Shown here piece after piece: positions 16,753 to 25,810 of a stretch of 27,924 nt of DNA. This DNA is from Promethearchaeota archaeon (GTDB lineage: Archaea > Asgardarchaeota > Lokiarchaeia > Sigyniarchaeales > SOKP01). The stretch's first letter is position 1. Each line of letters opens with the position of its first letter. Below the pieces are notes generated by a model. The model was not told the origin of the DNA. It made no database searches and worked only from the letters and a program-made list of their open reading frames with translations. The position numbers were made by a program, and so were the translations under genes. The DNA lies in assembly GCA_048941285.1 (NCBI GenBank), contig JBHLNS010000043.1, positions 1 to 27,924 on the forward strand, written 5' to 3'.

Positions 16753-18429
16753 TTAACCCCTTTTTTTTCTCACTGCTCTTAAGGCAAAAATTAAGAATGC
16801 ACTAAAAATTATAACAATAACACTTGCAAAGATTCCTGATGCATAGGCATTTGCCTCAACAAAATCAACGATTAGGACAGGAACTGTCCTTATACCTCCC
16901 ATTACAACAATAGTAGCGCCTGTTTCTCCTAATGAGCGAGTGAAAGTCATGATGCATCCTGCAATTATCCCTTGTTTTATATTAGGAAGTGTAATTTTTC
17001 TAAATACCGTCATATTTGAAGCACCTAAAGTACGTGCTGCTTCTTCAACACCTTTATTTGAAGATTCCAGAACTCCGATAATAGGTCGAACCATATACGG
17101 AAATGTAAAAGCAATATGTACAAACAAGATCATAAAAAACCCAGATTGAAATAATCCTAATCCTGTTGGCCCCCAAAACATAAATGTTGCAAATCCTAAA
17201 GCTGCTGAAGGAATTGCAATTGGAATATCTAAAATGGTATCCAAAAATGTAATAACTTTCCCCCAATTTCGTTTTGTAATTATAAATGCAAAAGGTATTC
17301 CAAAAATTATATTTACAAAAACAGCTAACGCTCCAATTTCTATTGAATAAATAAAACTTGTATAGAGAAATGCCCATTTATAATCTTGCCCTAAAAATAC
17401 TTCCCCTATAAAATCTTCTCCAAAAATTTCTGCAATAATATAAAAAGCAGGTATAAGAATTACAATAAAAAGTACACCTAATGATAAAACATCCCTTAAA
17501 CGTTTCAGATTCTTTTTACTTAAAAACTTTTCAATTTTAGGCCAAACTGATTTAACCGGGAATCTGCTCTTTCGAGTCAAAATTTTAATTGAAAATAGTA
17601 GTAGAATAGATATGGCAATTAATATTCCTGCCAACAATGAGGCAGAAGGCAGTTCTAATTGCCGTCTAAAACCCACAATCAGAATAGGAGCTGTCTCCAC
17701 TAAACCAGAAAGTATGATTGTAGCACCAGTTTCACCTAAACTTCTTGTAAAAGCAAGGATGGCACCAGCTATTAATCCTTCTTTCATTAATGGAAGAGTG
17801 ATGGTTCGAAATACAGTGAAACCTGAAGCACCTAGGCTTCGAGCTGCATCTTCATATAATGTAGCCGTTTTTTCTAATACAATTTTCATATTCCTTACAA
17901 TATATGGAAAAGTAAATACTATATGTCCTAATAAAATCAGAGTAAATCCTGGTTGAATTCCAAATATTCCCCAAAACAACATTATAGAAAATCCTAAGGC
18001 ACTTGTTGGTACTGCCATTGGCAAATCTACTAAAGCATCGAATATTTTTTTTCCTCTAAAATTATAACGAGTTAATATAATTGAAATTGGAAAAGCAATA
18101 ATAATATCTATCCCAACGGCTATTGCTGCAATTGAGAAGGAGTACCCTAGAGCTCTCAATATATTAAGCCATTGTAAATTACCTAATAATGAGTCGTTAA
18201 ACACATCCTCATTTATCGCGGGAATGTTGAAAAGAACTGTAGAAAAAATGTTAATTATTGGACCAATAATAACCAATACAAAGAAAATAATTACTATAGT
18301 GTCAAGACTTTTTCTGTATATTGATTTGGAAAAGAATCTATCTATTCTTAACACTAGAGGTAATTTTAACTCCTCTTCAAGAGATTCTTGAGTCAAATTG
18401 CGATCTTTTTTAAAGATTTTGTTTAACAT
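16753..18429 (-). CDS. ABC permease with two fused CysT/CysW/ModB-like domains
   Basis: Two EAA loops (YEDAARSLGAS, VEEAARTLGAS). DLPMAVPTSALG/DIPIAIPSAALG and FTRSLGETGAT each occur twice. Confidence 0.92.
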   Translation of the reverse strand: MLNKIFKKDRNLTQESLEEELKLPLVLRIDRFFSKSIYRKSLDTIVIIFFVLVIIGPIINIFSTVLFNIPAINEDVFNDSLLGNLQWLNILRALGYSFSIAAIAVGIDIIIAFPISIILTRYNFRGKKIFDALVDLPMAVPTSALGFSIMLFWGIFGIQPGFTLILLGHIVFTFPYIVRNMKIVLEKTATLYEDAARSLGASGFTVFRTITLPLMKEGLIAGAILAFTRSLGETGATIILSGLVETAPILIVGFRRQLELPSASLLAGILIAISILLLFSIKILTRKSRFPVKSVWPKIEKFLSKKNLKRLRDVLSLGVLFIVILIPAFYIIAEIFGEDFIGEVFLGQDYKWAFLYTSFIYSIEIGALAVFVNIIFGIPFAFIITKRNWGKVITFLDTILDIPIAIPSAALGFATFMFWGPTGLGLFQSGFFMILFVHIAFTFPYMVRPIIGVLESSNKGVEEAARTLGASNMTVFRKITLPNIKQGIIAGCIMTFTRSLGETGATIVVMGGIRTVPVLIVDFVEANAYASGIFASVIVIIFSAFLIFALRAVRKKRG

Positions 18430-18446
18430 ATAAATTATATTACCTA

Positions 18447-19571
18447 CTACGCTGTTGCTTTACATAATAACCATAAATCTGAGATCTTCAATAGTACTTC
18501 TCCATCTAATGGAGTATTTAGCTCAGGAACATTAAGTTCATAAGCAATTCCATTAGTCTCATAGTTAAATACTTCAGGATCCAATGGAATTGAAGGATTG
18601 ATTGGTCTAAATCCGTATTCTAATGCAGAAATAACAGTCTCATTATTATTTAAAAATTCAAGAAATGCTTCAGCTACAAATCTTTGCTGAGGGCTTATCC
18701 AATCCGCATTTAATATGCAAAATGGATGATCACTATATAAAGTGCCTTCTTCTGGATATACAGCAATGATTTTCCCTCCTGTAGCAGTACTAGAAATATC
18801 CCTTATTAAATTTTCATATAAAAACGCAATATTTAAAGCGGTTGGTCCCTCATTTTTCATATAACGTGCTAAGAAGCCAGTAGATGTTCCATAAACTACT
18901 GCACTAGACTCAAATTCTCGTAGCCATTGTTGGTTACTTAAATTGGTGAGATCAGATATTGTCAAATTTTCCGAAGAAGTACCTGAGGCTGCTGATAATG
19001 CCATAATTACACTCATAAACCCCGAATTTGATAATCGAGGATCAGTATGAGCCATTTTAATATTTATAGTTGGATTTAAAGACAGATTATGTACATCGTT
19101 GAAACCCTTAATATTATAAGTCTGGTTAAAAGACTCCCATGTAGCAATTACTATAGGCGAGTAAATTATTTTAACTGCAGCACTTATATTTACTATTGGG
19201 ATAATACTATGAGTTAGATCAGCCCACTTCGAATTTAAAAATGGCATCCAGATAGAACTTGCGGGACTCCAGATTGTAGGATATATCTCACCATTGAGGA
19301 TACTAATTATTGAGTTTGAAGACCCATATGGATGCATATCAATACTTATTGGTTCATCGGGATGAGTATTTTGCCACTCACTCAAAAAGCTTGTATATGC
19401 AACTGTCATCCAACTTGCTTTTTCAGAACTATAAATGATTGTTATATGTGTTTTGTTTTCTGTACCCCCTATTATAAGATTTGTCGATAATGTTCCTATA
19501 ACGAAGCCTATTATAAATATAAGTACTAAACTAAGTTTACTATGTCTTTTAATTTTGCGTGATTGATCCAT
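18447..19571 (-). CDS. Membrane-anchored extracellular solute-binding protein (ModA-like fold, resembling the SBP domain usually fused to vWA domains)
   Basis: Basic N-terminus plus one TM helix. Motifs YSSEKASW, PTIWSPASSIW, SPIVIATW, HTDPRLSNSG, TSTG, YENL, YPEEGTLYSDHPF and YGFRP. Confidence 0.85.
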   Translation of the reverse strand: MDQSRKIKRHSKLSLVLIFIIGFVIGTLSTNLIIGGTENKTHITIIYSSEKASWMTVAYTSFLSEWQNTHPDEPISIDMHPYGSSNSIISILNGEIYPTIWSPASSIWMPFLNSKWADLTHSIIPIVNISAAVKIIYSPIVIATWESFNQTYNIKGFNDVHNLSLNPTINIKMAHTDPRLSNSGFMSVIMALSAASGTSSENLTISDLTNLSNQQWLREFESSAVVYGTSTGFLARYMKNEGPTALNIAFLYENLIRDISSTATGGKIIAVYPEEGTLYSDHPFCILNADWISPQQRFVAEAFLEFLNNNETVISALEYGFRPINPSIPLDPEVFNYETNGIAYELNVPELNTPLDGEVLLKISDLWLLCKATA

Positions 19572-19795
19572 AATATTCAGAAATTAATTAGATTTTGGGT
19601 TAGATAAAAGATCTAATATATATATCTATAAAAGTGAAAATAATTCCACAAGTAATACCCAATATTAAAGTAATTAAAAATAAAGTTCGTCTTTTCATGT
19701 GTATTATTCTCTAATTTACTATATATATTTTTTTTAAGGTTGAAATCAATACTCTTTTTGAAATTTAATAGTTATAAGTTATTTGAATAGTTTTA

Positions 19796-19831
19796 CTATA
19801 TAACCTATATAAACTATATAGAGATATATAG
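19796..19831. promoter_or_regulatory. CTATATA box array upstream of the ABC operon
   Basis: CTATATA at 19796, 19805 and 19814 (exact 9-nt period), then TATATAG at 19825-19831. A further copy is at 19719. Confidence 0.6.
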
Positions 19832-19845
19832 ACGAAAAATTCTAA

Positions 19846-21420
19846 TTATAGTAGACTTTCACCAATAACACTCTCATGTGGTCTTTTTCCTAAAAATTTA
19901 ACTAATGTAGGAACTATATCAGTAACTTTACAAGCATTAACTCTCTTTTGAGGAATCTCTGAAGATCCACCTATAATTAAAGGAACTGCCATGCATTTCT
20001 GAAGGCCAATATCATGATCGTATAGACTTTTGCTTTTTTGCTTTCCATGATGAATGCCGTATTTTATTGTTTCATCATTACATAGGATTATATCAGCGCT
20101 TCTTGGGTTTTTAAAATGACGAGGTATTAAATCTGGGTGCATAGGGTAATCTAAATGGTATGTAGCTTCTAACCATTCTTTAGTTGAGTGGAATTTATTA
20201 TCCATTAATTGAATTGCGATATTATCATTTCTAAAATTAAAAATGTCTAATTTATTATCTTCTGAGATATAACGTGTTTTATATTCCTTCCCAATACCTT
20301 CATACTCAATCTTTCCAGTTATTATTCTACCTGTATCTTTAACTTTTCTTTTAAGGTGAATTGTACCTTTCTCATGTGTATTATTTTCATCTCTATAAAA
20401 CATCAAATGGCTTCCATTAATTTTAAATAAATCTTCTAATAAATTTATCCTTTTTGGGCCATATCGTTCAAGTTCTTTAATGCTCGGAAGACCCCAACTA
20501 TTTTTAAGATTGATATTAGTAAATCCTTTAAAATAGAAAAATCCTACACCAGCATAATAAGCAAGATCCATATTTCCTCTTATATTTTTGAAAGGATGAT
20601 AATTTACTAAACCATTTTGCTTAAAATATGGTCTTAAATCTCCAATTTTGTTAGATTTATAATTTCCATGATCAGATGTAATCGCTATAGCAGTTTCATC
20701 TAAATAACCCAATCTCTCCAAATTATCAATCAATACTCCAATAACTTTATCAATGTGTAGTAAATTTAATTTATAAATTTGCGAATCATATCCAAATTTA
20801 TGCATCAAAAGATCAGATGACATAAACCATATTGAAGAAGCAATTGGTGGATCTGCATTATGAAAAAATTTTTTAGGTTTCTCAAATGTTTCAATTAATT
20901 TTTGCACAATAACAGAATTCGAACGGGCCATCCTTCTTTTTACACTTGGAAAGTATCTCAAAACAAGATAAAGCATAGCAAGTTTAGTTTTTCTTTCGGG
21001 AAAAACGTAATCAGCTCCTCTATTAATGAATTGAGCTATACTAGCAGTATTTCCATCACCCACCATTTCAAGAAATGTTTTGCAATTATTCCCTATATCA
21101 TTGTTAATTTTATAGATTTGTAAATCTAAAGCAGCATATTCTCTTAACATTGGAGGCGATACTTCACGTCCCATCCAATTTAGAAGTGGAACTCCGTGAC
21201 ATGGTTCTTTTTTAAAATTTCCGGTATAGGTCCCTGTCAATAAAGAAACTTGTGTAGGATAAGTAATAGGTGGAAAGTCAGTAATACAATTTTCTGAATA
21301 AATGCCATTTTCCATTAATTTCTTAAAATTTGGCAATAAACCCTTTTTTATATAATCAAAGAAATGGGTAGCTCTAATGTCATCTATTATACAAAAAATA
21401 ACTCTGCTGATTTTATTAAT
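19846..21420 (-). CDS. Alkaline phosphatase superfamily enzyme (type I phosphodiesterase/nucleotide pyrophosphatase), probable ATT start, 524 aa
   Basis: VIFCIIDDIR lies upstream of the track's TTG. Other motifs: FPPITYP (Thr nucleophile), SDLLMH, TSDHG, YDHD, VPLIIGG and DIVPTL. Confidence 0.87.
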   Translation of the reverse strand: MNKISRVIFCIIDDIRATHFFDYIKKGLLPNFKKLMENGIYSENCITDFPPITYPTQVSLLTGTYTGNFKKEPCHGVPLLNWMGREVSPPMLREYAALDLQIYKINNDIGNNCKTFLEMVGDGNTASIAQFINRGADYVFPERKTKLAMLYLVLRYFPSVKRRMARSNSVIVQKLIETFEKPKKFFHNADPPIASSIWFMSSDLLMHKFGYDSQIYKLNLLHIDKVIGVLIDNLERLGYLDETAIAITSDHGNYKSNKIGDLRPYFKQNGLVNYHPFKNIRGNMDLAYYAGVGFFYFKGFTNINLKNSWGLPSIKELERYGPKRINLLEDLFKINGSHLMFYRDENNTHEKGTIHLKRKVKDTGRIITGKIEYEGIGKEYKTRYISEDNKLDIFNFRNDNIAIQLMDNKFHSTKEWLEATYHLDYPMHPDLIPRHFKNPRSADIILCNDETIKYGIHHGKQKSKSLYDHDIGLQKCMAVPLIIGGSSEIPQKRVNACKVTDIVPTLVKFLGKRPHESVIGESLL

Positions 21421-21567
21421 TAACTTTCACCAATCACGATACTAATTATATCTACATATTCTTCGAAATTAATAAATGATATTATAAAATAGCAATTTTA
21501 TTGAATTATAAATATTAATTCTATTTAGGTTCAAAATAAAAATATTGAAATTATAAAGTGAAAAATC

Positions 21568-22671
21568 TTGAATAAAAAAGAGATTTTTAAGATAATTAAA
21601 ACATTTTCATCGGAAAGAGCTCCCAGTGGGTTGGAAAAAGCACGCGGGGAACTTTTTAGAAGGGAATTAGAGAAAATAATAACTGATAAGGGTATTAAAG
21701 TCAAAAATGATTCACTTAGTAATTATTTTATCAAATTCAATGGAAAGGAGAGTAAAAAAGCAATTGCTATATTAGCACACATAGATGAAATTGGAGGAAC
21801 TATTAGAAAAATAAAAAAAAATGGCACTTTAGAGTTCTCTAAGAGAGGCGGATATGAAGGTAGATGGCTTATTTCAAGAAAGGTATCAATTTTAAATAAA
21901 GAAGGAAAATGGGTTAACGGTGTTATTGGTGGAAGAGCTCCCCATGCTACTCCTCAAAAATTAAGAGGTGAAGAAAAAGATGAACCACTTGAAATGGAAA
22001 TATATATTGGAGCAAAAGATAAAGAAGAAGCGATTGCCACATATAAGATTCATATTGGAGCACCATTTATATTTTCTGGAGAATTCGAATTTTTAAATGA
22101 GGGATTTAATGATAATATTATTTCTGGGTATTCAATGGATAACTTAGTTGGATTAACGGGATTGGTATTATTAGTAAATAAAATATCAGAGAATCTTTTA
22201 GACGATTCAGGAAATTTAATAAAACCTTTTGATCTCTATATCGTAGGAACATCACGTGAGGAGATTGGAACGGAAGGTTCTTTATTCTTTACGAGAAATA
22301 ATCCAATCGATGAAATAATAGCACTGGATGTTGGACTTGTTGAAAATTACCCAGGAACCGTAAATTCAGATATAAAATTGAATAATGGGCCTGTAATTAT
22401 ATGGCAAGAAGCAGGAGGATCAGGGATTTTCGATTATCAGATATGTAGAAAGCTAGTAGAGGCTGCTGAACAAAGTAATATTAAACACCAAGATGGAGTG
22501 TTAGAATTCTATGGTTCTGATGCTGGAAAAGCTCAAAAATGGCTTGGTATACCATCTGCGTTAGTTGGAATACCAGCTATGTTTACTCATAATGTTCCTG
22601 AAATAAGTACTTTAAGTGGTATTGAAGAAGCCGTAGAATTGATTTTTCAATACTTAAGAAGACAAAATTAA
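21568..22671 (+). CDS. M42 family (TET-like) aminopeptidase
   Basis: APSGLE, AHIDEIG, SMDN, SREEIG, IALDV, GSDAG and FTH. Confidence 0.88.
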   Translation: MNKKEIFKIIKTFSSERAPSGLEKARGELFRRELEKIITDKGIKVKNDSLSNYFIKFNGKESKKAIAILAHIDEIGGTIRKIKKNGTLEFSKRGGYEGRWLISRKVSILNKEGKWVNGVIGGRAPHATPQKLRGEEKDEPLEMEIYIGAKDKEEAIATYKIHIGAPFIFSGEFEFLNEGFNDNIISGYSMDNLVGLTGLVLLVNKISENLLDDSGNLIKPFDLYIVGTSREEIGTEGSLFFTRNNPIDEIIALDVGLVENYPGTVNSDIKLNNGPVIIWQEAGGSGIFDYQICRKLVEAAEQSNIKHQDGVLEFYGSDAGKAQKWLGIPSALVGIPAMFTHNVPEISTLSGIEEAVELIFQYLRRQN

Positions 22672-22701
22672 AAAAAATTAGTATAATATTAAAATTCGTA
22701 A

Positions 22702-22773
22702 AGCCCCCGGGGGGATTTGAACCCCCGACCTTCCGATTACAAGTCGAATGCTATACCGCTAAGCTACGGAGGC
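22702..22773 (-). tRNA. trnT: tRNA-Thr(UGU), no intron, CCA not encoded
   Basis: Reverse complement reads GCCTCCG TA GCTTAGCGGTATAGC A TTCGA CTTGTAA TCGGA AGGTC GGGGG TTCAAAT CCCCC CGGGGGC T. Full cloverleaf with anticodon TGT. Confidence 0.97.
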
Positions 22774-22946
22774 AATAAATTATAGAAAAACAATTATACA
22801 ATATTAAAAATCATGCTAAATTTTTAATTTTGTGGTTTTAAACGCCTTAAAAAATCAATGGAAATTATTATAAGGATAACTTACTTTTTGTTAATCAATT
22901 ACTATATTATTGATTGTATATAATATTTCACTTCTGTTGGAGATAA

Positions 22947-23285
22947 ATGTTTACAAAAGAAGACGTTACAAAATTGGCGTTTAAAATATACAAACAAGCA
23001 GAACCTTTGGAGAAGTCAATATGGCATTTAGCGGAGCTCTGTGTTGTGATTAATAAGAATATAAAAAATGGATATGATATTAAACCATTAGAAACAGATA
23101 ATTTGGTATTATTAATAAGAGAAAATGTGGATGGCCAATTAATTAAACCAACTGAAGATGAGATTAGAGAAGTTGCGGAGATTATTTATTATGAAAATCC
23201 AAGTCGTAGCCAATTAGATTGGTATATCGCTGAAAAGCAACTTCTTTTAGAAGAATTAAAAAATTTAATTAATAATAACAGATAG
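22947..23285 (+). CDS. Hypothetical protein with two DUF2934-like helical repeats
   Basis: TKEDVTKLAFKIY...SIWHLAE and TEDEIREVAEIIY...LDWYIAE. GGAG upstream. Confidence 0.75.
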   Translation: MFTKEDVTKLAFKIYKQAEPLEKSIWHLAELCVVINKNIKNGYDIKPLETDNLVLLIRENVDGQLIKPTEDEIREVAEIIYYENPSRSQLDWYIAEKQLLLEELKNLINNNR

Positions 23286-23434
23286 TAGCTCTTTTTCAGA
23301 AATTTTAATACTTCTTTAACTGAATTTCTTTAATTATAAAAAAAAGTCTTTATCTAGGCATAGCTATTATTTTATAATTGAAAAAAGACCAAAACCTTAA
23401 AGTATAAGTGAGATTTGTTTGAATAGTATCACAA

Positions 23435-24700
23435 ATGTCAGAAAATAAAATCTATGATGTATGTATAATTGGTGCTGGACCGGCAGGTTCAACATGTGCT
23501 TATTATTTAGCACAAAAAGGGATAATATCATTAGTCCTTGAAAAAAAAGAATTTCCTAGAGATAAAATATGTGGTGATGCATTTACTCAACGCGCTCAAA
23601 TTCATCTCGAGAGGATGGGACTTTTACAAAAATTAGTTGAAGAGAAGAAAGGTCGATGGACTGCTCAAGGAGGAATAATTAGCCCCAGAGGAATAGTGTA
23701 CACAGGAGATTCATATGCAGAAATAAAATCACATTTAGTAATAGCAGTTAAAAGAAAAATTATAGATGATCTACTTATAAAAACCGCAATTGAAGCAGGA
23801 GCAATCTTGGTGGAAAATTATGCAGTAAAAGAAGTAAATCTTGAAAGAAATAAGGGATATTGGGCTATTCATTCAATAAATGGAGAAAAACAGACTTATT
23901 ATGCTAAAATCTTAATACTCGCGGATGGTGCTTCTTCTAGTATTGCTCAATCATTAGGAATTATAAAAAATCCTCCACAGACAGTTTGCAGTCGATCTTA
24001 TGTAAAAGCAGGAACATATAAATTTGACCAAGAAGGTATTGTAGTTATTCCTATGAATCTCGTTCCTGGTTATTGTGCACTTATGAAGGAAGCAGATGAT
24101 GATCTAGTCTTTTGTTGTTATATCATTCCTTTTGGGGAAATTCGTACTGAAAATCTGCATAAAATGCATCATGACTTAATTAAGAATAATCCTTATATAG
24201 CTGATGCCTTAGGTCCTAATGCTGTGCTTGAAGAGATGAAAGCAGCCCCTATTCGGTTTGGTGGAACATCTCAAAGTTATGATAATCACTTACTCATTGT
24301 TGGAGATGCTGCGGGAATGATAGATCCCCTAACTGGAGAAGGATTGCAATATGCAATGGATGCTGCTGAAATCGCTGCTGATGTAATTATTGAAGCCATT
24401 CAAAAGAATAACTTTACTAAGCAATTTCTTAAACAATATCAAATAAAATGGATGAAAAGTTTTGGAAAAGACTTTAAGTGGTCTACACGTATGGCTCGTT
24501 TCTGTGCAAAGCATCCTATATTTTTTGATGCGTTTGCATCCTTAAGTCAAAAAAAAGGAGATAAATTTATGGTTGAATGGGGAAAGATCATGACTGGTTC
24601 GAAGAGAAAAATAAATTTTTTCCTTCCTAAGTTAGCTCTACCTTTAGTTTTCGAAACTTTGAGATTAAAACGTAAATTTAAGAAGCAGAATATGACATAA
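23435..24700 (+). CDS. Geranylgeranyl reductase family flavoprotein
   Basis: YDVCIIGAGPAGS, FPRDKICGD, ADG and VGDAAGMIDPLTGEGL. Confidence 0.9.
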   Translation: MSENKIYDVCIIGAGPAGSTCAYYLAQKGIISLVLEKKEFPRDKICGDAFTQRAQIHLERMGLLQKLVEEKKGRWTAQGGIISPRGIVYTGDSYAEIKSHLVIAVKRKIIDDLLIKTAIEAGAILVENYAVKEVNLERNKGYWAIHSINGEKQTYYAKILILADGASSSIAQSLGIIKNPPQTVCSRSYVKAGTYKFDQEGIVVIPMNLVPGYCALMKEADDDLVFCCYIIPFGEIRTENLHKMHHDLIKNNPYIADALGPNAVLEEMKAAPIRFGGTSQSYDNHLLIVGDAAGMIDPLTGEGLQYAMDAAEIAADVIIEAIQKNNFTKQFLKQYQIKWMKSFGKDFKWSTRMARFCAKHPIFFDAFASLSQKKGDKFMVEWGKIMTGSKRKINFFLPKLALPLVFETLRLKRKFKKQNMT

Positions 24701-24716
24701 TTCAATTAGATTTAAC

Positions 24717-25595
24717 TTAAATCTCCAGTTTATCTTTAATTTGCTCGACAAGTTTTTCAGCATTTTTAGAGTCAAAGATAAATTCAATTTCGTTTGGTGA
24801 TGTAATCCCAATACCGAGTTCAACTGCCCTTTTAATTTGCTCTTGGTCAAAAATAGAACCCTTAGAGACTTCCGGTGTTGTTCCTAGAATTCGTAAAATA
24901 GCAACACCAACAGCATCAATGGCGATTTTATCTGTACCGGCAATAAAAACATTGGCTTTTTTTCGAGTCCCTTCCATTGGCCCACGATCCACAAAGCTAA
25001 TAATACCATCCAAAATAATTAAGTCAGGCTTGTACACAGAGTTTATTTCGGAAATCATTTTCCTCTGATGTCGAGAAGAGTGTAACTCCGCCATGTAATG
25101 TTTTGCAACTAATCCTACTGCATTTTTCAGTGATAATGTAAAATGTCCACCATACATGTGAGTTTTCAAACAACAAGTTTCAACAATGCACTCTGCCTCA
25201 TCATATATTCTGGCAAAAAGGAAGCCATCTTTCCAATGAAATTCTTCTGATTTTTTAAGGATATAATCCTTTCTTGGTACATTATCTAAATCAACTATTT
25301 TAAAATTTAATTGCTTTGCCAAATCATATACTCCTTTCATCTTAAAAGTTTCAGCTGTATTAACAGGGCCACTACGTTCCGCTAATGTAACAGATTTAGC
25401 ACCCATTTCCCCCAGTTTAATAATAAGTTGTCTTACTGTTTCCATTGAGCTTGAAGCAGGAGGTGGATCAGGAGTATTGAAATTCGGCTTGAAAATTACA
25501 TTTTTATCCTTAACAGGATTAATCCCAAATAACTCAAAAGACTTGTTTACACCATAAATACGATCTTTGGCTGAAATAACCACTACTTTGGTCAT
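24717..25595 (-). CDS. DUF362 domain protein
   Basis: VIFKPNF, LKTH....FTLSLKNAVG, DLIILDGI and GTDKIAID. Confidence 0.85.
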   Translation of the reverse strand: MTKVVVISAKDRIYGVNKSFELFGINPVKDKNVIFKPNFNTPDPPPASSSMETVRQLIIKLGEMGAKSVTLAERSGPVNTAETFKMKGVYDLAKQLNFKIVDLDNVPRKDYILKKSEEFHWKDGFLFARIYDEAECIVETCCLKTHMYGGHFTLSLKNAVGLVAKHYMAELHSSRHQRKMISEINSVYKPDLIILDGIISFVDRGPMEGTRKKANVFIAGTDKIAIDAVGVAILRILGTTPEVSKGSIFDQEQIKRAVELGIGITSPNEIEFIFDSKNAEKLVEQIKDKLEI

Positions 25596-25810
25596 ATTTT
25601 ACACCTTTTATTTAATAAAAATTCGTATCTATAAAATTAAAATTTGTCTGTTTAAAATTATAACGATGCTTTGAGGAATTTTAGCCTTTTTATAAATTAT
25701 TTTGAATTTAAAGTAGCGATTAAATTATTAAAAAAGGACTAGTCGGTATTAAAATAAATATTATACTAATTAATCATAATAGAAATTAAAATAATTTTTT
25801 AATGAATTTT

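Noticed and set aside
16753-18429. Internal repeat in the permease
   Set aside because: Explained by ordinary fusion of two homologous permease domains.
19796-19831. 9-nt periodic repeats as a CRISPR remnant or microsatellite
   Set aside because: The units are too short and lack spacers, and they recur in several promoter regions, which fits operator sites better.
21427-21444. Selenocysteine readthrough of the TGA upstream of the phosphodiesterase
   Set aside because: A TAG lies five codons further upstream with no start codon between, and the TGA is part of the SD.
22702-22773. tRNA-Thr as an integration site
   Set aside because: No integrase and no duplicated tRNA 3' end were seen in the window.
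2899-24850. Short antisense or nested ORFs in the track (2899, 4886, 5331, 5452, 6148, 6279, 6644, 9532, 11423, 12443, 16504, 16940, 17054, 17612, 20902, 24329, 24665)
   Set aside because: All overlap well-supported genes and show no motifs. Several are typical antisense shadows of hydrophobic membrane-protein genes.
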